NCBI GenBank assembly: GCA_963825865.1
Contig: CAWGVG010000014.1
Location: 138,671 to 202,670 of the forward strand
Length of the DNA: 64,000 bases
Direction: 5' to 3'
DNA from: an uncultured Nitrososphaeraceae archaeon
Lineage (GTDB): Archaea; Thermoproteota; Nitrososphaeria; Nitrososphaerales; Nitrososphaeraceae
The notes under the pieces are model-generated. The model worked only from the letters and a program-made list of their open reading frames with translations. It was not told the origin of the DNA and ran no database searches. Below, in pieces: positions 57,500 to 64,000 of the stretch. The position numbers were made by a program, and so were the translations under genes. Each line of letters begins with the position of its first letter. Position 1 is the stretch's first letter.

Positions 57500-58939
57500 G
57501 CCTTGAGAGCTCGCCATACTTTAACTTTTCAATGTATCCATCAAGATTTTGATTGGACTCAATTTTTTGCGATACTTGATATAATACCACTTCGTTGTAG
57601 TTGCAATAACCCGGATATGCAAGATCTCAAAATAAACCATATCTGCTCATAGTCGTCATAGACTATCTCATTTTCTTCTTTCTTTTTTGATATTCCTCTA
57701 TGGGTAAAGCCAGATCTTTTGTCATATAGTTCCTGAACCTTTTTTGTTAGGGCGATTCTTGCTTCAGATAATCCTTTTAATGCATATTGCTTGGTTAGAA
57801 CGCTTTCATCAGCATCTTCAAGCTTGTAAAAGCGAATAAACCACTCTTTAGAATCGCCTATTAAAAATGCAATTTTTTCTGAAAGCTTCCATCTCAAATA
57901 ATCTTTATCTCTTTTTGAAAGAAGTAATCCTTCTAAAGATAGAATGCAAAGCATAAATCTAACATGCAATGGCGTTGAGTCATCTATCATGCCAAATATT
58001 TCTATTGCATTCAGTATGCGGGCCTCCAGATCTGTGATTTCATTGCCCTTAGCGATTATAGTATTAATCTCATGAATCACGCTATCGAGCGAAGGATCTC
58101 TAGCAAATGTGATAAAAAAAAGTCTTGGGATGGGGTTAGTATAACCTTTGGCTACAAATGGTTTTTTAGCATCAGTTACGTCGAAATAACGTTCAATTAA
58201 GGTGGTAGTATAAAAAGGAGAATCTATGTACTCGGAAATACCATAAAATAGCTTTATAATATTTAAATTATTTTTGACTTGTTTATCTGATTCTTCTTCT
58301 GCCTTCTTTGCTCCATATCTGGGTATAGCTTTAACTTCTAATACCATAAACCACTCATCTAAGCCATTGCCACGCAGCAGTAATGGAGATGTATTCATGG
58401 CTTTCCGAGCTTGCTTCCCTCATTGCTTCAATATCTTTTTGAGCGGTTAATGGTAATGCACTAAAAGGATATAATTGTCCTGTACCTATCTTAAATCCTA
58501 TCGGAAAGTTCTGAGCCGTACCTAACTTAAAATAATATGTGTGAATCATAGGCTCAGACAATATAGTCGATATTAAAATAGATGAAAAAGCCGCGAAATC
58601 AAACTGTCCTAACTTCTCAATAAATGAATTTCTTGTTGCAAATAAACTATTATCATCAACCATATATTTCAGAAAATCATAACGAATAGCTCCTGGCCTT
58701 CCTCTTGCTAAGGCAATAAGCATATCAAGAAGGTCTTGTTCTGAAACAAATTCACGTGTACCTGTAATTGTTTTTAGTTTTTTAAACACATTATTTATTT
58801 TATTAAGAAGATCTTTTTGTATAATGTATGTATCGTTCTGAATGTTGTCATCTTTTTGAATATAATTAAAAACGTTCCAAGCCTCACTACAGAATTCGAT
58901 AAGTTTTCTTTTATCTCTTTCTGACGACTCTGAATCCAA
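57500..58939 (-). CDS. Apea-like HEPN domain protein (frameshifts near 58370 and 57565)
   Basis: CILSLEGLL...KLSEKIAFL...LYDKRSGFTH (RxxxxH); tail LDGYIEKLKYG in the next frame. Confidence 0.7.
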
Positions 58940-59239
58940 TACAATCTTTACTTAATATTTGTCATAGAAAAAACTTGCTTATTTTGCACCTTCTAGGACC
59001 CTGTATCTACGTACAGCTAAACGTTTCTTCTAGTAATGCTTTGGTTGTTCTATTCCTGGTTGCCTTTTCCTGCTTTACGCCTGGGTCATTCTCGTAGGCC
59101 AATAGGAAAGAAGAGGTCATAAACTACCATAAAAAAGCTCCAAGTTTTGATTTGCATCATTAGTTTTAATTCTAAATTGCAAAATAGTCTAACATTGCAG
59201 TCTTTTAGAATGTGTGCTTCGACCTCCATAGTATTATCG

Positions 59240-59390
59240 TCTTTATCTCTTATTTCCCGAATTGTTCAAACACTTTTGCTTGTAGCGGTAGTAGGTTCTA
59301 CGGCTCATTTCCTGTGGCAATTGTGCCAATATTTCAGAGTCAGTATAGCCTTGGGCTAAGTTTGTCTACTATTATTTGAGTTGTTATTGC
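59240..59390 (-). pseudogene. HTH DNA-binding protein remnant
   Basis: IIVDKL.QGYTDSEILAQLPQEMSRRTYYRYKQK. Confidence 0.5.
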
Positions 59391-59557
59391 ATTACTTTAG
59401 GTGGTGTTTAGTCGTATTGGATTTCAAAAGTGTTTATAAAGTGTCAATAAGCTAAGGAATTATTCACCAGTATTAACCTTTGTTGTTTGCTAGCCCGTGT
59501 ATTTCTGCCGCATTTGATATGTTCGTATTTTACCCCTTGCCCTACTACCTACTCCTT

Positions 59558-59755
59558 TTAGCTAGTTTTGGTACCGATGGATTTTACAAGTTGAAATTCA
59601 ACGCATTGGCAACAATCATCAAAGACCTCTTCGTTTCCTTCACCATTTTGCATTGACATCAAACATTTTCCTTCGTGCCAGAATCTTGTATGGCCGCATT
59701 TGCACATCTTGAAATCTCTTGCCTTTAGTCTTTTTAAAAAACCACCAGAGATCAT
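59558..59755 (-). CDS. Cys/His-rich small metal-binding protein
   Basis: CKCGHTRFWH...C...CCQC. Confidence 0.55.
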   Translation of the reverse strand: MISGGFLKRLKARDFKMCKCGHTRFWHEGKCLMSMQNGEGNEEVFDDCCQCVEFQLVKSIGTKTS

Positions 59756-60179
59756 TAGTTAATCCGCCGTGTTAGATTAAATAAGTTTAAAATGCATTTC
59801 CTCTAATTTATCTCTTGGATATTACAAGAATAAACTTCATCGTTGTCAATAAAATAATAAATATTTAGGGATAGGACCTACTATACGTAGAAAAAACGAT
59901 TGGTTATCTGGTTCATCCGAAAATATCTTCAATGCTGTTCATCGCTTCGTATTTGGTAACTTTGTCATGGATCTCTTCAGCTGTGTAGCCAGGATTAGCT
60001 TGCCTGCTATTAGTCTAGCTGTGCTCTGATTGTACCTTGTGAAAGTTTGGTTAGTCAATTCTAAGTGTCAATAAAGTGTCAATTAGGAACTTAGTGTAGT
60101 TGCTGATGACTACATCAGCCACATAGTTGTACAGAATTTAGAGATGGAGATAAGGGTTGGTGTAGACATTGACATTGAT

Positions 60180-60353
60180 TAATTAAAGCTATTTTGATAC
60201 TTGCGCAAAGATGACTAATATCGATGACCCGGTCTATACGCGTTTATCATCTTCTTTGAAAATTGACGGATTTATTCAAAAGCCATTTTCCCTAAAGGAA
60301 GTGATATTTACTATTATGAAGCAACTTGACAATGAAACAAAGATCACTTTATG
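60180..60353 (+). pseudogene. Receiver-domain C-terminal remnant
   Basis: IKAILI...LKIDGFIQKPFSLKEV. Confidence 0.5.
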
Positions 60354-60610
60354 AAAATAAAAAAAGATTTTCATAAGTCACAAACGGTGAATGAAATCAA
60401 TTGATCCCAGTTCTCTTTTTGTTAAATCAACATCAGTTTTCAGGCAGCATAACAGGAAAACGCCTTAGCTCGATTTGGCTCCCGCTATTTGTCTCTATAA
60501 CAACAGAGCTCCCGTATTCACTGATTTCTCTAATGTTACCTGTACACCTTGTACAGAAAATGCTAGGAACTCACGTATGCTGACCATCGGTATGATGCAT
60601 AATCAATCAA

Positions 60611-61210
60611 ATGGACAGATCAAGTAGAATATCGTTGCTTTTCCAAACTACTATTTTAATAAATGTTTCAATATTAGATGATGAATGTGAATCGCGCCAT
60701 ATTATCACCAATAGTTATACAAATTCTGATTCCAGCGGTTGTTATTATAGTGGCATCATTTTTCCAATTATTCCAGTAAGCGTTAACCCTAATCTAGAAC
60801 ATATAATACCTGCAATTCTTAATCCCACTTATCCCATTTATTATATTATTCTTGGCCTAGGCTTTATACAGACTGCGTTAGTGTTCAAATATCTCCTCTA
60901 TGTACCGATGAAGGAGTATTATGGATATTCTTATTCTCCTAAAAATTTTTTAAACAGTTTTATACATCCATTTTCGTATTATTCGCAATATTACTCATAT
61001 TATTATTCTCCTAAACGTTATTTTAAAAGTGGAGGATATGAAAAACCAGTTGTTAAATACGAACTCATTAAGAAGACGCTCTATGCTGAAATTTCTCTCT
61101 TCATTATTTTTATTATTATTTATTATACGGGCATTTATTATATATGCCCTCTAGTTGTTTCAAAGAATCAAAATTGTATGTCCCCTGCTCTTTTAAAAGA
61201 AGAATGTTAG
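60611..61210 (+). CDS. Tyr-rich membrane protein
   Basis: Hydrophobic segments; internal YxYSPKxxF-like duplication. Confidence 0.4.
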   Translation: MDRSSRISLLFQTTILINVSILDDECESRHIITNSYTNSDSSGCYYSGIIFPIIPVSVNPNLEHIIPAILNPTYPIYYIILGLGFIQTALVFKYLLYVPMKEYYGYSYSPKNFLNSFIHPFSYYSQYYSYYYSPKRYFKSGGYEKPVVKYELIKKTLYAEISLFIIFIIIYYTGIYYICPLVVSKNQNCMSPALLKEEC

Positions 61211-62689
61211 AAATCAATACCTATAAAAGAAGTTTTAGAAGGTTTATCATGTTTTACATAAAATCATTTTAATGGATTTTATACTTATGGCTATTTATCC
61301 TGTCCTTGTTTCTTTGCTCTTTTGTCTATAAAAAGGAATTTAGATTTTATTTTGCACAGGCATGCATCAAAATTATTTCAGATGAAGTTATTTCAGAAAA
61401 AAAAGACATCATTGAGAAAACAAATTACTTGATCGAGGATTAAACTCGTATAATATTTACCTTCGAAGGAGTATAAACATCCAGATTCGAGATTTAAGAG
61501 TCTTTATTCCAAAATAATTTCTTATTCTCCTATAAAAAAAAGAGATCTATAGATTTATTGGACATGCAACGATGAGAATGGCAAATTAAAGGGTAAGATA
61601 TCTCAACTTTTTTGCAAGATGAAGAACCGTTCTTGGTGAAAGAACCATTGAGTGGCAAAATAAAACTTGGGGGAAATTTGCAGTGATTATTCCTGTAGCA
61701 ATTACAGTAATTGAAATTTTATTAGGTAAATCTTCTAAATAACTGAAAGGACAGTCAGTCAGAAACTTAATTCAGGGACAAACATATATCGCATTCCCCT
61801 CCTTCTATCAGTTCCCACTTTTGTCAAGAAGAAGACGATGATCGTAACCAGTTGGAGATTTAGAGGAATGTGATATATCCTTTAATGATTTGTAGGAAAC
61901 TATGGAAGAGAATCAGCAAAAAAGTTTGTACCTGACAATTGAGTCTGCCCGTAATATGAGATAAGACCATATTGGTTACAGATAATATCTCCTCTATTAA
62001 GGATAGTTAATAACCCATGATAAAGACTTCTTTGAATAATTGGAACAATTCAATAATTCGTTAGATGATATCAAATAGAACTGGCTCAAAACAGAAATAT
62101 TGGAAGAAAAGAAATTGTTAGGCTCGGGAGGTTATGCTTTTGCAAAACTAACAGAACAAGAAGAAATTAAACAAGCCTTGGAGTCCCTCACATATTCCTA
62201 GGTAATGTAGGAAGATTAAGTTAGAACAGCAGAGTATGCAATAATATAATAGCACTTTATCGTAGGTTCAATAAATAGGACTTTGTAACGACCGGTGTTA
62301 GAATTTTCTTCACTCCACCAACTATTTAGAATCACTGAATATATCAGTTCTAATTACATTACTTTTTAAGGTCTCTGGACCGATTATTCTTGGCCAATTT
62401 CAAAAGCATCGGTTATTACTTTTTTTAAACTATCCGCCCATCCTTGTGTGTAGGCATTTCTATTAGTTTTCTGAGAAGCCATTCCACACCAGAGTGAACA
62501 CATTATGGTCATAGTAAGTACATTGTAAAAATTATCTCGTCCACCTATCTGACCGCGATGGTTGTGTGGAAATCTAGTTTGTAGTTCTGTTGCAATATTG
62601 TTGAATGTTTGCTTTCTTTTACACATTATGTGATAACTTTTGTAAAAAAATCTACTCTCTCTTCATAATTTAGGAAGAGATAATCGAAC

Positions 62690-62925
62690 TACAAAATGCT
62701 ATGACAAAGTTTTGAAATTGTTATAATCCAAATGATGTTTATGCATGGAATAGCAAAGGTTTAAAGCTCTTAGTGTTTTTGAAAAAAAAATAGGAACTAT
62801 AAAGTATTTTGATAAGGCTATAAGGGGAAGCCAATCCAAATTATATTCTTGCATGGAATAACAAAGGGAATGCTCTTCAATACTTAGGAAGACATAATGA
62901 TGCAAAGAAATGTCATGATTTTAAA
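62690..62925 (+). pseudogene. TPR protein remnant
   Basis: YDKVL...DVYAWNSKG...YFDKAI...NPNYILAWNNKGNALQYLGRHNDAKKC in broken frames. Confidence 0.7.
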
Positions 62926-62941
62926 AACTTCCATTCAGATT

Positions 62942-63110
62942 CTAACTAAACTCATTTACAACTATATCATACAATTCTTTATTGTCTTCCTTTAATTTCT
63001 CCAGACTGATTGGAAAATATCCCTTGCTTGCGCCTTTAAGACCTTCTTTTATCTTTACCTTGGCATCAAAGTTCAGTCTTTGCAATTTGTTGCATTTTAT
63101 ATTAACCAAT
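62942..63110 (-). pseudogene. PriX-like primase C-terminal remnant
   Basis: KCNKLQRLNFDAKVKIKEGLKGASKGYFPISLEKLKEDNKELYDIV. Confidence 0.55.
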
Positions 63111-63136
63111 TCTTTACTACAGAATAAGATTCTTCT

Positions 63137-63461
63137 GATGACGATACCCTTCTCACATTTATTAAATATGGTTAAAGAATTCTCCAAATGCAATACGTTC
63201 TATACGCTCTATGATCAAGAAGAAAAGGTCAAAGAGAAACTAAATTTACCGCAGAATTGCACGATAAGATGTGAAAAGGTAAAGTGCGGTAAAGATTGCA
63301 AGCATAATACACACAAATATTATTATGCATATATTTGGGATTGCAATTCTAAGAAATTAAAGAAAAGATATTACCTTGGAAAGAAATTGCCGTCGCCTAC
63401 TGCTAATATTACTGATATCTATCCAGTCAGCTCACTGGCTAGTTTCAACATACGCATGTAA
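63137..63461 (+). CDS. Small Cys/His protein typical of mobile elements (DUF6788-like)
   Basis: EKVKCGKDCKHNTHKYYYAY.WD...KLKKRYYLGK. Confidence 0.55.
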
Positions 63462-64000
63462 ACTGATACAATTTTTGTTGTATACAACTCCTTATGTAAA
63501 ATAGTAAAATAAACTGCTTTATAGAGCATGACTATCTTACAAATATCATCAGCAACCTTATGTAGTACCAACTTTACTTTGTATTTTAATTCTGTTTCTA
63601 TGAATATTTAATGGGATTTGTGGGTGTATATTCTCAACCATAAATGTCTGCTTCGTCCTATTTGTTTAGGTGGTAGTGCTATTATAAGCCATGTCCCAAA
63701 AAAGTAATTCATAATTACAAGTGCACAGTGGCAAAATATCTTTTCATTACTAACTTATCTTTGTTACTTGCTTCCTTAGCCAAAGCACATAGAATATTTT
63801 TAAATATTTCTACTTGTATATATGATTCACGAGAGGATGCAACTGCACCCACATTCTATATGTGTCATTTATTATATCATACCTTGACAATTTTTCCACT
63901 ATTTCGAGATATGTCCAAGGGCATGGCGCCATAGCTGACACAATTTACCATATTGTCTGCTGCTGATGATAATAATGATGCATTTCTTAGATAGGAAGTA

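Noticed and set aside
61270-62630. Possible kinase or TIR gene (KLLGSGGY; FEIG)
   Set aside because: Only isolated short motifs in broken frames; no further family motifs seen
55950-64000. Island integrated at tRNA-Ser
   Set aside because: The variable region lies on the tRNA 5' side; I saw no duplicated tRNA 3' end (att) or intact integrase in the window

Overview
AT-rich archaeal DNA, most likely from a soil ammonia-oxidising archaeon (Nitrososphaeraceae). This is inferred from AglB, aIF2-gamma, S6e, topoisomerase VI, archaeal TyrRS, an intron-containing tRNA-Ser and thaumarchaeal-style urease and two-component genes. Layout: (i) 0.1-15.6 kb accessory region with DJ-1/PfpI, a histidine kinase/response regulator pair, signal peptidase I, an AlgG-like beta-helix protein, three tandem secreted micro-protein cassettes sharing promoter and leader (two also share a terminator), several unannotated zinc-finger micro-ORFs, and IS6/integrase/PriX debris. 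(ii) 16.6-26 kb urea locus: urea transporter, ORF, ureABC, a divergent chaperonin with group III-like motifs, a coupled unknown ORF, ureEFGD. (iii) 27-56 kb mostly core genes (aglB, eif2g, rps6e, amrS, top6AB, tyrS, trpE, sdhABCD, tRNA-Ser). (iv) 56-64 kb decayed mobile/defence region (HEPN protein; HTH, TPR, receiver and PriX remnants). Many conserved genes are split by single-base indels, which points to long-read consensus errors rather than true pseudogenes. Best candidates for new biology are the modular secreted-peptide cassettes with 25-bp-periodic upstream boxes, the urease-embedded chaperonin and its partner ORF, and an inverted pair of C2H2 micro-genes with a conserved upstream element. 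All family assignments come from motif recognition by eye; no database searches were run.
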